The notes below the pieces were generated by a model, which was not told where the DNA came from, did not search any database, and worked only from the letters and a program-made list of their open reading frames with translations. Position numbers and translations under genes: made by a program. DNA of 64,000 nucleotides, taken from the NCBI RefSeq assembly GCF_009914755.1, contig NC_060926.1, one strand, 5' to 3'. This document shows positions 1 to 13,602 of this stretch, piece by piece (the stretch's first letter is position 1; the number at the start of each line of letters is the position of its first letter). The stretch is from the human T2T-CHM13v2.0 reference genome, Homo sapiens.

Positions 1-1792
1 AACAGCTGGGGCACTGGAGCACCTGACCCTACTCAAGATCATCCCCCAGCCCTTGCCGGCACTTAGGGACAGCAGAATCTGAGCTGTGGGTGTACATACT
101 CCCCATTTTCTGCTTTCCCAGAGGATCACAGACAACTTTTCTTCCCATCTGCTCCCGCTGGACTCCTATGATCACCCATCATCCCCAGTTGTTGCTATCT
201 CTGAGCTCTTGGTGACCAGCCCTTGTCCCCCAAGCTGACCAAGTTGAGAGAGTACTTGTCCTCCCAGCACTGTCTCTCAGTATCAGGAAGTTGAGATCAG
301 TGGCAGGGAAAGATGGAAGGATTGGCAAGGAAAGTGCAGGGCCAAGTAGAGTAGCTCAGAGCCTCAGCAATGGGCACCTGTCCTCCCCCAAACAACCTGT
401 GGTCTCTCCGGCTCCCTGCTTTTCCACCATTGGTCCCATCCTGGGCTACCAGCCTCCACTGAGCTGCTCTGGGAACTTAGGGTGTCTCACATTACTTCCC
501 TGCTATGGCATATTTTGGTTTCAGTTGAGCTATTTTCTGAAGATGTGGATACTCCAGTTTTATTCTTTTTCTGTCTGTGTCTCAGTACTCTTTTCCTTTT
601 TTAAGAATGTTCCCCAAGCCTGGCTTTTGCCAGACCCTGTGCCATCTCCCCAAGCTCTATTTACAAGAACAAGAAGTGATTTGTCTGTTTATAGCAGGTT
701 TAATTAAGACAGTTATGCGCCGTGAACTCTTTGGGCCTCAATCAATGCACTTAGATTTGGAAACTCAGATAGAATCACATCTTACACGTGCGGCCCCGGC
801 TGGCCGCCCAGGCTGAGGACAGAGCTATTGTTTTCTACATCAGCCTCACTGGAACTGGGCAAGTCCCCTGCAGAACTGGCACCCCCTGCTCCTCCCAAGA
901 GACCTCAAGTCAGGTCTCCCGGCCAGACTCAGGCCTTTCTAATACAGGCGTGAAGGGCGGGACGCCCAGAGCCCTCTTGTTGGCCGGTGGCTAAGGAGCC
1001 AGGTGGATAACTTCTGCGGATTCGGCTTTCAGGCTGCTGGAGCTCTCCCCAGCCCGAGGCCTTAGCCCAGCGCAATCCCTTGTCCAGACCGGCCAGTTTC
1101 CGCGTGGCGAAAAAGGGGGAGGCAAGTGTGTCTTTTCCAAGGAGCTTTTATCCAACAGCCTCCCCTCCCCCCAACTCTCAGCCTTAGGTGCCGGGCTTCA
1201 GCCGAAGCGTTTTTCAAATTTGTCATCATTGGAAACCTCGGACAAGTGGAGTGTAAAATTTTGAGGGTTTCCAGGTAGGCTCTGACTTCAGGCATTCAAT
1301 GAAAGGGGAAGAGGGCTGAGGGCGGGGGAGAGAGACAAGCACAGAGGGCTCCCTGTAGTCGGCAGGAATTCCCTCCCTCTGCAGCCCAGCTGCACCCACT
1401 AGCACACACTAGTCTTGCCTTCTCCCGGCTTTGGAAGAATCCCCACCACATTCTTTAGCTCTCAGAAAGGAGAGGGCAGTCAGGTCAAGGTCTTTCAGCA
1501 TCCCTACCGCAATATACCCCTCCCAGCCCCCTCACCACCACCACGTTGGCCTAGGACACAGGACCCCGGGGCCAGGGCCTCAGTGACTGCAGCTTATGCC
1601 ACCTAATGCAGAATGGGGTGTCCCTGCCTCCACTGCTCCTCTCGGTCTCAGCATCCAGGTCCTGAAACCCCTGCGATTCTGGCCTGGGAAGCCAGACTTG
1701 CCACCAACATCATGGTATCACCCATAATTGATCCACTCAGTTTTCAGTAGATGTGGAATCCAACAAGAGTAACACCACCCTCCACGCCCCAC

Positions 1793-1853
1793 TCTTTTTT
1801 CTTTCTTTCTTTCTTTCTTTTTCTTTCTCTCTCTCTCTCTCTTTTTTTTTTTT
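1793..1853. repeat. (TTTC)n/(CT)n/poly-T microsatellite
   Basis: Pure pyrimidine run: tttctttctttc...ctctctct...ttttt. Confidence 0.95.
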
Positions 1854-2449
1854 AAGAATCCAAGGCACTTGAAACATTCTGAGTGTGCCTGCAGTAGGGT
1901 CTCAGAGGAGTTGCTCTGAAAGCTGTTGAGAGCAGCCACCTTTGCTGTCACTGAGAGCTTGGCAGGGTCAGCTCTGGTGGGCCGTTTGCACCCAGGCTCT
2001 GATGGCACCAGGATGGCTTCCTGCAACCCGGTAGGAGGACTGGGGTGGGTGGGTCCAGTATTTCGTTTCTTCCTCTTCCTTTTTTTTTTTTTAATGTCCC
2101 TCTTTATTTCTATTGAAGACTAACCTCAGTATCAAAGGGTGCACTTGTTTGTCCTAAATGGCTTGTAGCTCTTTCCTACTCTGCCACAGGACATTAGCTC
2201 TGGGAGCACCGCCTGGCAGGGCCTTCGCTTTGGGCCTAAGCATCCAACTGAGGCCCAGCAATTCCACCTGTGGGGAATCTTGCAGTGAGGTATTTGTGCA
2301 TCAGGAGTGGGGAGTGAGGGAGAGAGAGCTGGGCTGGTGCAGTATCCACTCTCGCACCTCCTCCCTGAGCGGAGCTCCAGTATAGACTAAGTGAATGAAT
2401 CCATGAATCAGCTCCATAGCCGAGGGGTAGAAGAAGCAGCCGTCTTCGT

Positions 2450-5400
2450 TAAATGGGCTGTTGGCAGTTGCGGCTGACTGCTCTACCCCTCGCAGGCCCG
2501 CCTCTGGGCAGGCCTGAGGTGGCCCTGGAGCCCCGCCAGCAGCCCCCGCCCCTCAGGCCAAGCTCTGGCCCTGGCAATCTCTGCACTTTGTCATCACGCC
2601 CGAGTATTTGACATTCGCAATTATCTGCAAATACCCTGATCAGTTTGTATATGAAACACTTTTTTTCCTGCCTTAAGGTTGGAATCTGGTAAGTTTCAGA
2701 CAAGTGGTTGCAGGGGGAGATGACCCAGGGGACCGTGCGGGACAGGGCCGGTGAACCCGATTCCGCGAGGCGGGCGTCTCGAAGGGACTGGTCTGCGTGC
2801 CTCACCGGGTTCCCCAGCCTGGCTCCGAGGAAAGGCCGCGCGGAGGCGAGAAAGGGCCCACATCTCGAGTCTCCAGTCTCTCCTTGAAAAGAGCACCCCC
2901 TAATCCCGGAGGAAGGGAGGGTGAAGGAGGAGGGGAGAGCCCACTACAGGCAAGGCAGGAAGGTTAATCATTTTGTTAACCGGAAAGGGTGCTGCCCCGC
3001 CTGGCCGTCGTCACCGAGCGTGTCAGTCACCCGCTCTCGATTTCGCCGCAGAATTACCTGCTCAAAGAGCCACCCCAAGAAGCCCTCAGCTCCGAGGTCT
3101 TCCCGCCCGTCGTCTGCGGGAAGTAAACGGCGTCCTCCCTCCAAAGAAGTGGATGCCCCTTCGACTCTCCTCCGCCCCCCGGCGGTTCCTAAATCTAGGA
3201 AAGCCAGCCCCGGCATCGCTCACTACTCCTGCACCTCAGCTCTGGGATACCCGCTCAGTACAGACAGACCATCAACCAAAAAAGAAAAGAAGAAAAGAAA
3301 AGTGGTGGTGGGGGTGGGGGTGGGCAGGGAGCGTAAAGTAGCGAGATCACTTATTTGACTCTTCTGTTTTCTTAGGAACCTGATCCTGGCCCCCGGCAGA
3401 GCATAAGGGCCCGAGGCCAGGGACCTAGAGGCCGGACCAAGTTCGCGCGAGGTGTTCACAGCCTAGGCGCCCCGGGCTTGGCTTCGTACTCTGCAACAAG
3501 CCAAGCTCCCTTGCCACGAGTATATCAGCAACTTCAGAAATAAACACCAGCGAAACCCCTTCCCACATTAGCTTGTTGCTGTGCTACTGACACTGGGCTT
3601 AGTCGATGTTCACACCTATTACATTTTTCCGGAAAGTGGGAGGAGCAGGGGGTAGAGAAAGCTGTGTGTATTGAGGGAAGGGGAGATGTGTGCAACACCT
3701 TCCAGAAAAATGGGGAGGTAGTTTAGAAAGTTTTTCTCTGTAACAGCACAGCTTCTGAGAAGGCAGAGAGAAGAAAGCAGACAGGAAACGAATCCCTTCC
3801 TCCTCTCCCCTTTACCCCCTTCCTTCACTCCCTAGACCAAGCTGGTCACCCGGCTGGGAATCAAGATTGTGTGGCTGGGAAGACACCAGTCTCTGTGCTC
3901 GGGTTCAGCCCAGTCGGGCAAGAAAGTCTGGGCAGCTGGAGAAGGTCGTCACAGTCTCCCGTGGAATCTTGTTGCCTGAGAGCCCCATAACGGAAAGGGC
4001 TAAGACGACTCTTCCACACACAGGTCGCAGCCCCTGCCGCGGAGGATCCCCAGGAAGATGCTGGGGACGCTCTGAGCATCGGCCTTTCTTTACCCCCGAC
4101 TCCCTGGAGCTTGGTCTCGGGATGCCAACTTGGGGCACGGAGGCGACGGGCTGCTCCGAAGCTGGAGGGTTTCTGCTTGGGTCAGAGGGATCACGACCTC
4201 AGCAGAGCCAGGAGAGGTTGGGTGACACCCACTGCGTATTGCACTTGACTCAAAACTGCCCTCGGCCTGCGGAAGAGGCGAGGGCAAGAAGCCTGGTGGC
4301 GGGTCAAACCTTCACCCTATTATTTTCTATCATTTTTTATGCCCATATATTTGTTAAATGTATGGCTGCTATACACCAACAGCTTATTCTACAAGAAGTG
4401 CCCCCGAGGAGGATTGGGTTAAGCTTTGCAAATTTGGCTTCCCAGGTAATGCGCTTCATTATTCTGCTCCCGACTTACCCACCACACCAGTGGGTACCCG
4501 GAGCAGCACCCACTTGGCAGAACTGATGACTGCTTGGGCCCAGCGGAGTGCGCATTGCGCTAACACGCGCACGGGAATTGCACCCTTGCCGGAGCCTCCG
4601 CACCGTGCGCCCTTCAAAGAGCTGGCGACCCCGCTCACGTGTAAGCAACCTCCCACTTTGAAACTAATTCGCACCCGGGTCTTTCACCCCAAAGGACTTT
4701 GCTGCGGACGCTGCTCTGACCCAAGACGCGGGAGAGAAGTCCCAAAGGCTACAGCCAGGGGCTGGGGGACTCCTCTGCTCACCTTAGTCCTTGATTTCGA
4801 AGGCCCCAATTAACTATCTGTTGTGTCAGAATCGGCGAGTGCAAAGTAGCTGCGCCCCGCTGACGCGCTCTCTCCTGGGTCCGGGTATCCCAGGGCATCC
4901 GGAGCTGGGGAGGGTTGTGCGGACTACCCAAGGCACGCGCAGATACCGGGCAGGGAAGAAGGGCTCCGTGTTCCAAGGATGGTCGTTTACCTCTCCTGAG
5001 ATCAGCCCTAATCCCTTGGTAACTTAAGCGCCTCTGAACTCGGGGAGCGCTTGGTGGGGCGCCTCCCTGCATCCACCCCTACCCCTGGCTCCTTCCCAGG
5101 CCCAGCATCTTTCCCACCATTCTCACCCCCACCACCCCCACGGCCCCGCCCGTTTAGAGGCGTGCGGTGGGCACTTGGTTTACAGAACCGGCGTTTCAGA
5201 TGTTTATTTGCAACTAATTTCTTGTGCTGGAAAATGCTTGTTACCCGGGCGGAGCGCTTCCGCTCTGCGCGGTCCGGCCCGGCGGGCGGTAGCTCGCTGA
5301 TCCCTCCGGCGAAGCCTCCAAGGAGCGGGCGGCTGGGAGAGGTTGTGCCACCCGGGACCAAGCCATCGGCGCTGCTCCGGACTCCCGGTAGGGGGAGCCG

Positions 5401-5560
5401 CCGCGGGCGCCAGGCCGGATTGTGTTCTGGCCTCGGGGCGGCCCTGCTGCCAGCGGCCGGGACTCTCAGCACAGAGCTCGGGAGGACTCCACCTGCTCTC
5501 CAGATAAGGCGCCATGAGCAGAGAAGGGAACAGACGGCCAAGCTCCCTCCTAATTCCCCG
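2450..5560. promoter_or_regulatory. CpG island (developmental-regulator type)
   Basis: High GC with abundant CG dinucleotides (cgcg, ccgg, gcgc), versus CpG-depleted flanks. Contains homeodomain-type motifs (TAATCC at ~2901 and ~5009, TTAATCA at ~2963, CAATTAA at ~4808). Confidence 0.85.
4358..4813 (+). CDS. Putative 151-aa ORF within the CpG island, no recognisable domain
   Basis: True ATG start, open for 151 codons and not repeat-derived. Kozak context is weak (T at -3) and GC-rich DNA favours chance ORFs. Confidence 0.15.
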   Translation: MYGCYTPTAYSTRSAPEEDWVKLCKFGFPGNALHYSAPDLPTTPVGTRSSTHLAELMTAWAQRSAHCANTRTGIAPLPEPPHRAPFKELATPLTCKQPPTLKLIRTRVFHPKGLCCGRCSDPRRGREVPKATARGWGTPLLTLVLDFEGPN

Positions 5561-5649
5561 TTGTTGCAGAGCAAAGAAGATGGGGGAGAACTAATTATAT
5601 TCTCTAGGTCTAAATATTGTTGAAAAATTTGTAGGTGAGATCACCTCCT

Positions 5650-5747
5650 TTGCCCATATCCATATATAATATATCCATTACATGTGTTTGCCCATATATA
5701 TACGTATGCCATATGTAAATATGTACGAGTGTGTATGTATGTGTATA
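5650..5747. repeat. TA/TATG-rich low-complexity tract
   Basis: catatataatatat...tatatacgtatg...tatgtatgtgtata. Confidence 0.7.
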
Positions 5748-6610
5748 GCAGTGGTTTAGAATTAGTCTCAGTTCCACAAATTTTGAGCCCTTTTAATATT
5801 TTAGGTGACCTAATACCTTCTCACTGTATTTTCCAAGTCACTTATTTCCAAGAGTTTTAGGTGATCCCAGCATAGGAGCTGAGCATAGGAGCTCAGATGA
5901 GACTTGCCAGTTTTGCTGCAGTAATGTCAGCAAAAGAGTCTCTCTCTTTCTGACTCTATAGACTTAAGTAAGGGTTTACAGGCTTTCATTTTAAGGTATG
6001 ACTGATATTTAGAGAACAAGACTAAACCAAGGTCAAGGGGAAAACAGTTAGACTGTGAACCTGCAGACCACTCCACTGCACCCAGTGTGGCCGTACACCT
6101 GTGCTGAACGGCCAGAGACTTCCTGGTCAATACTCCCACAGATAAAAGACTGCAGGATCTGCTTATACACAAATCCATCTTTCGCTGGGAACCCACAACT
6201 CATAACAACTCTCCTAATGCCAAGTCATCAAGGCCTCTTGAAAGAGAATCATAAAAAACAAAGAATTTCAAACTTGGAAGGAAACCTAAAGTTTACTGGT
6301 GAGGAGCTTGAACTGAGTAGAAGCAAAGAATCATACTCCAGATGAGAAACGCCCCATGCACTGAGCTGAGACTGGAACTCTCCTCTTCTTACTCTCAGTC
6401 CAGTAAGTTTGACTACAGAGCACTCATTATCATTGTGATTATTATGTTCCCGCATATTTTGTCGTTCTTAGTTAGGCATACTCCTTTAACACTATTGTAA
6501 TAAAAGCAAAATCTGGAAGATCTTTAAGAGTGTAGCAGTTGCTTCCAAGGGAGGCTGAATTTTAGGAATGAAGTTACATATAACATTGACATATCTGGGG
6601 GAAAGACTAG

Positions 6611-6936
<326 letters not shown>

Positions 6937-6979
6937 AGTTTTATTGTTTTATCCCTGTTTAATAATGTTGGATATATGA

Positions 6980-7270
6980 GGCCAGGCACAGTGGCTCACG
7001 TCTATAATCCCTGCACTTTGGGAGGCCAAGGCAGGTGGATCACTTGAGGCCAGGAGTTTAAGACAAGCTGGCCAACATGGTGAAACCCCGTCTCTGTCTC
7101 TGCCAAAAATACAAAAATTAGCCAGGCGTGGTGGGGGGCACCTGCAATCCCAGCTACTCAGGAGGTTGTGGCAGAAGAATTGCTTGAAGGGGGAGGTTGC
7201 AATTAGATTGTGCCACTGCACTCCAGTCTAGGCAATAGAGCAAGATCCTGTCTCAAAGCAAAACAAAAAA
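6980..7270 (+). mobile_element. Alu
   Basis: ggccaggcacagtggctcac... with TSD aat(g/a)ttggatatatg. Confidence 0.95.
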
Positions 7271-8845
7271 TATTGGATATATGCAAATATGTGATTAAAT
7301 GAATGAATATACAAACAAAACAATGAAAAAGGTGGGATTGTTGGTATTATAAAAGCATTCTCCCAAGTTGTGTATTTTTTCTCCAAAAACCAGACCTAAC
7401 TTAGTCCTTAATTTAAGTGTTTGTTTATAGATTTTTAAATATCACATTTTGGTGTCATTTTTAAGAACCAACAGGAAGGAATTTCTAAAATAAGATTTGA
7501 AAAAAAAATCTAATAAAAAATTGATTTAGCAAAAGTAGGGAAATTTTTTTGAATGGAATATTATAGGATAAGCCCAAAATATACCACCCACTGACTTTAT
7601 CATAAATCCTGGGATATAAATGATATTTTATCATCCTTTCTATAATTATCCCCTTTTTGTTTTTTGATAGGATCAAAACAAAAATTACTATTTACAAGGT
7701 CAATTCACTATTCCTTTTTGTATTCTTGTTCACAAAGGCAGAGATACATTAACAAATGAAAGTGTCTCAGTCTTTTTCCGTAACTAATGTCCAATCTTTA
7801 GCAAATGGTGCTGTGATGTCATTGAAATGGGTATTGGACAAAGTACCAATTGATTTATTGATTTCCCTTCTTCAAAGTCGTTTGGGAATTGAGGAGAAGA
7901 ATGAAAGGCATAGGCTGGCTGAGATGTGCAATACTTATTCTATCACACGCAGACACACAAAAATTACATTTGGCTGATAAAATTGACAATTCAGAAGCAT
8001 TGCTTACAGAAATTCATAATGAGATGACTTTGAGGCCACTCAGTTGATCAACCTGCCTTTTCTTCTCCTTATCATTTTATTTACTCTTCCAATTTAAGCC
8101 TTTTAGAAGTCAAAGAGCAGCAGGTTTTCAGTTAGCCTACAAGGGGAGCGTGAGGAAAAGAGGAACATCACAGGAAAGTAAGTGGTGTATGTACTGTTGC
8201 TTTCAAACACAGGACCCCATAAACTCTGCTCTGGGGTCCTATAAGCACAGTAGTATCTCTAAGACTGACGCTTGCTGGGAATCTCACAAGGGGTCTTCTG
8301 TGGTCCATGGACTGGTATGACTTCTCACCTTGGGTGGGGCAGGGAGTCTCTGAGAGTGTCCTGTGGGCTAAACCTGTGATGGTTCACAGCAGACCCATGA
8401 CAATAAAGAAAGTAAGGCTGCTCTGATTGTCTTAGGTTTTTTAGGAGAGGGTTTCAAAGCAGGGCTCCTTTCAGCCTCAATCACTGAACCGGTTTTTGAG
8501 AAGAAAGGCTTTTAATCCAAGTCCTGTTAAAAATGCCAACTAAACTGCCTGGAGAAACTCCACATTGTAACATCTGCCTAGGAATTACCACACACAACAG
8601 TATCTACAGCGAAGCAGAAAATATATGAATAAAAACAAACCTCGGACTTCCTCTCCCTTGTATGGGTGAGCTGCCTTGAGTAACAGGGAAGATTTACTGT
8701 AATGCACAATTGCATGCTAGCTACTTTGTTTTTCCTGCTTCCTTTCCCCGCTTCAAGAAGAATGGAATATTTTTGTCTTCCAAGCTTTCTATCCATTTAT
8801 ATCAATTCTCTAGGCTTAGCACCATCATTTAGAAAATCCCTGCTC

Positions 8846-9136
<291 letters not shown>

Positions 9137-9524
9137 AGAAAATCCCTGCTTACCAATGATGCTTGACTTTTCTATGCTTGTGTGTGCTGGAGTAGGGGGA
9201 AGGGTATGGTGAAGAGAGGTTCTCCCCTCCTCAGAGCATATGGTTCATTTTGCCCACTCTTGAGCCTGGATTGTAGGCTCTTGCTATCCGAGGAGAAACT
9301 AGACGGGGAATGCCCTGGAAGAATGATCTGGAACACTGCCTACCTACCCCCAATACATCCCTCCCCAGCCCCTCTCCACTGCCCAATCCTCCCTTCCCAG
9401 GCTGGTGTTGAAAATGTTGGATAGGGAAGTGTGATGGAGAAAGAAGAACTGTGCCCACCTTTAAGAAGGTTATGTGGAGCTGATGAAAGAAATGACTCTC
9501 TTTTTAAAAGACTGCTTTCATTTA

Positions 9525-9815
9525 GGCCAGGTGCAGTGGCTTATACCTATAATCCCAGCACTTTGGGAGGCCAAGGTGGGAGGATCACTTGAGGCCAGAA
9601 TTTTCAGACCAGCCTGGCCAACATGGTGAGACCCCATCTCCACTAAAAATACAAAAATTAGCCGGGCATAGTGGCACATGCCTGTAATCCCAGCTACTTG
9701 GGAGGCTGAGGCATGAGAATCACTTTACCGGGGAGGCGGAGGTTGCAGTGAGCCAAGATCATGCCACTGCACTCCAGCCTGGGTGACAGAGCAAGACTCT
9801 GTCTCAAAAAAAAAA
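9525..9815 (+). mobile_element. Alu
   Basis: Full-length Alu consensus with A tail. Confidence 0.95.
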
Positions 9816-9929
9816 ATTATTTAAACAATAGTATCCATCTTCCCACAATTACTATTAAAGATTCTTAAAATTTCTGGAAATATTGAAGGAAACGAATTAT
9901 GCTTTAAGATTTTAAACCTACAGAGTAAG

Positions 9930-10110
9930 TTAATTCTGTCTTTGCCATTTACTAGCTGTGTAAACTTGGAGAGATCAGCTTGAGACTCTCTGAGCCTCAT
10001 TTTTTTAATCTGTCAAATGGGTCTCAGAAAATTGTGAGGATTAAATGAAATATTACCTGTAAGTTGTTTAGAACAGTTCTTGGAACATAGTAAAAACTCA
10101 GAAAGTGTTC
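9930..10110 (+). mobile_element. MIR SINE
   Basis: ttactagctgtgt...tctctgagcctca...tgtgaggattaaatga core. Confidence 0.8.
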
Positions 10111-11378
10111 AGTAAAATGTTGAGTATATTATTGTGATGTGGGAATTGCTGATCCAGTTGACTCAATTCACACTGCAAATTACTGGATTTGAATAAGGAG
10201 ATGAAGATTGAGTCACATTGTTCTCTTTGATCCATTTTCTTTTAGACAACATCACTCAAACAACCCTATTACTTCAGTAGCAATGAACTGTCTCTGGATT
10301 TTATTAAGCATCTCACTAGTTCCTTTTCTTCAGCTGTATGGCACCCTGTCTTCCTGTACACCAGAGGCTCCTCAGCTGGGTAAGGTGAGCCAACGTTACC
10401 AGGAGTATATGCTGAGAGGCCATTTCAAAGTCTTTCATAGAAGGCTGTGCTTGGGCAAGTAGAACTTTTCATCATACAGTCCCAGAGATGTGAAGTTATC
10501 AAGGTCAGAGAAGAGGAAAAGAGACTCAGAGAAACTGTGTTCTCTAGTCTTTCATTCGGGAACAAATGGTGTCGTACCAAATGGCTGAAAAGATCCCAGG
10601 CTTACTCTGAGAAACATCTCTCTCTTCTGAATTAAACTTGCACAGTGGCTAACAGTGTTTTGTTTGGTGTTGACAAAGTAATAAAACGTTACCGTTTCTC
10701 TTTCTCTACGATGATGTGGTTTTATGAAAGAAAATGGTTACACCTTGTTGAGTTGGGCAATATTCTCCATCCAGTTTATAAATTCCTATGCTGTTCTTAC
10801 TGTAGTCAGCTTTTTCTCTGGGCTGTGCTCTTTTTGCTACACTGAGAGCCCAAGTAGCCCCAGGAGGGGGCAGTGACAAAGCTGAGATGTCCAGGAATGA
10901 GAATACCAAGTCATTCTGCCCACTTACCTGCAAGACCAAATGAAAATCCAGGGGGTTCTGCATGAAGACTCAAAAGAGCTGCCCCTCCAGCTTTTCACAA
11001 AAGCAGAACAGATTGTAGGAAGTAACAGCTAAAGGCCCACTGCCTCCGTCCTGTGGCTTTGTGTCTCTTTTCAGATGATTTCTCAAAGTCCACACACTAA
11101 GTCAAGTCCTCTGTCGGCAGGCCTACTAGTGCCTTTGACTTGAGAGGTAAATTATCAAAATGCAAAGAGTTGTCAGGCCCAAAAAGAGAATGTCAGAAGA
11201 AAAGCACCCAAGATGCTGCTCTGTCTGGTTTTCTCTTTGATTCAATGTTGTGTTCTTTGTGAACTCTGCCTCCACATTTACATTGGTTTAAAACATTCCA
11301 ACAATAAAATTTCAGTGACCTTGCAGACTATGTTCCCTCCCACAAACCAAACAAAAATTGATTGCCTTTTAGCAATCA

Positions 11379-11617
11379 ATACTCTTTGGCAGCTTAAGAG
11401 GAGATGCTGTGCTGGGAACCCTTGTCCCACTTCAGTCAGCTGGGCTGTTATAACCTAAGCAGAACCAAGGAGCCTGAGGTAGCAACTTTCTTGCTCTTTC
11501 CCTCCCCATCCTACAAAACAGCCATTCATTTTTATCACTTCTGTGGATATTTTCAGTCCTAGGAAAGGGAGACAGGACAGAAAAAGGGGATGGCTCTGGA
11601 TAATAGCCACCCAACTT
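11379..11617 (+). repeat. Local direct duplication, copy A (partner 15103-15402)
   Basis: ~90% identity by manual alignment over the first ~145 bp; homology continues after the insert in copy B. Confidence 0.95.
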
Positions 11618-11692
11618 AATTGACTGAAAGGTGCAGGCTTCTGCTGATATTAGAGACTTCACAGATCCAATTTAATTCAACAGCTATACTGA

Positions 11693-12055
<363 letters not shown>

Positions 12056-12079
12056 TAATGAAAACAACTACAAAATTGA

Positions 12080-12255
12080 TAGCTATGAATTTTCCTAGGC
12101 ACTTTACATGTGTTATCTCACTTAATCCTCACAACAATACTATGAGTTAGGTACTATTATCATCTACATTTTCCTTCTAAAAGTGAGTTTAGAGAGGTTA
12201 GATAATTAGCACAAGGTCACACTGCTAATCAGGAATGGGACTTAACTAAGATCGG
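12080..12255 (-). mobile_element. MIR SINE
   Basis: ttaatcctcacaac...tactattatc...caaggtcacac. Confidence 0.8.
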
Positions 12256-12649
12256 AGCTACTCATAGTTTCCTTCTATCTGGTTCTGTCATTAGTATAAC
12301 AGTGAGAAGTCAAAGAAGGGTTTTTAAGTTCATGGCCTTTTCTAAAGGCACAATTTAGCAATCATTTTGAAATACCTTTGCCAGCCAGGAGCTGCCCCAG
12401 GCACATTAAAAAATACAACATTGCACCCTCTCAGGGTTTACAATCTATGGTCAACTATTATTTGGATCACATCCTGCTAGATCACACAGATAATGGACAA
12501 AATACATGAGTAAACTAAACAGAGGTTTTATAGCCATATGTACAATGACAAAAGTTCATATTTTTTGTGACTATTGCAGAGGATTAGCATATTTAAAAGT
12601 CCAGGCCATAGAGGAGGTGGGCTTTCTAACCCACTGATGAAATTTGGGA

Positions 12650-12963
<314 letters not shown>

Positions 12964-13602
12964 TGTGAGGCCTGTTCCATGGAGAAAAAGGTACCTCCAA
13001 TGCTGATGAAAATAAGACAAATGAACAGAGCTGTCCACAAATAATAGGGGAAGAAACCTGGTATAGACAATGAGGTTCACAGTTTGCTAAGGACAGAAGA
13101 TGGAGCAGTGATGAGAACAGTCAACAAGAGTCACACGGAGAGTGGTTGGTTGGCAAGTTAGGGCAAAGTTGATGTTTCTCAAGGCTACACAGTCAGCTTG
13201 TTACTGACACCCAAGTCCCCCCATTAGTTTTCTATTCCTTTGTATTTATGATCACCATCCCTATAAAGTCTCCCTACAAATATTTGTGAGAAGGATGACA
13301 CAGTGGTCTGACACATGTTAAGTCATCTAGCAAAGATGTAAATAAAGTTCTCAAAATATAATTATCAATGGAATATCTATTATATGTTTAGAACTATGCC
13401 AGATGGTGTGAGGAAAGCAAGGAATTTACAAGATCTCACCCTTGTCCTCAAATAACTTGGAATTTATTTAGGATACAAGATTCACACCAATAAAATAGTT
13501 GGCAACAACTAAAATGACATAATCAATTTTCCAAGGGATGTGGTACAGACATAAATAAAATGTCATAGATGTGACAGATAAGCTTAAGAATTAATATGCT
13601 CC

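Noticed and set aside
2449-5623. Long overlapping ORFs (up to 219 aa) in the CpG island
   Set aside because: Many have non-ATG starts, Pro/Arg/Gly-biased composition and overlap on both strands, as expected from stop-codon scarcity in GC-rich DNA.
8211-8240. 9 bp inverted repeat aggacccca/tggggtcct
   Set aside because: Short enough to occur by chance in 64 kb.
11379-11617. Duplicated segment as a snoRNA or other structured RNA pair
   Set aside because: No convincing C/D or H/ACA box arrangement seen, and copy B is disrupted by an insert; an Rfam scan would be needed.
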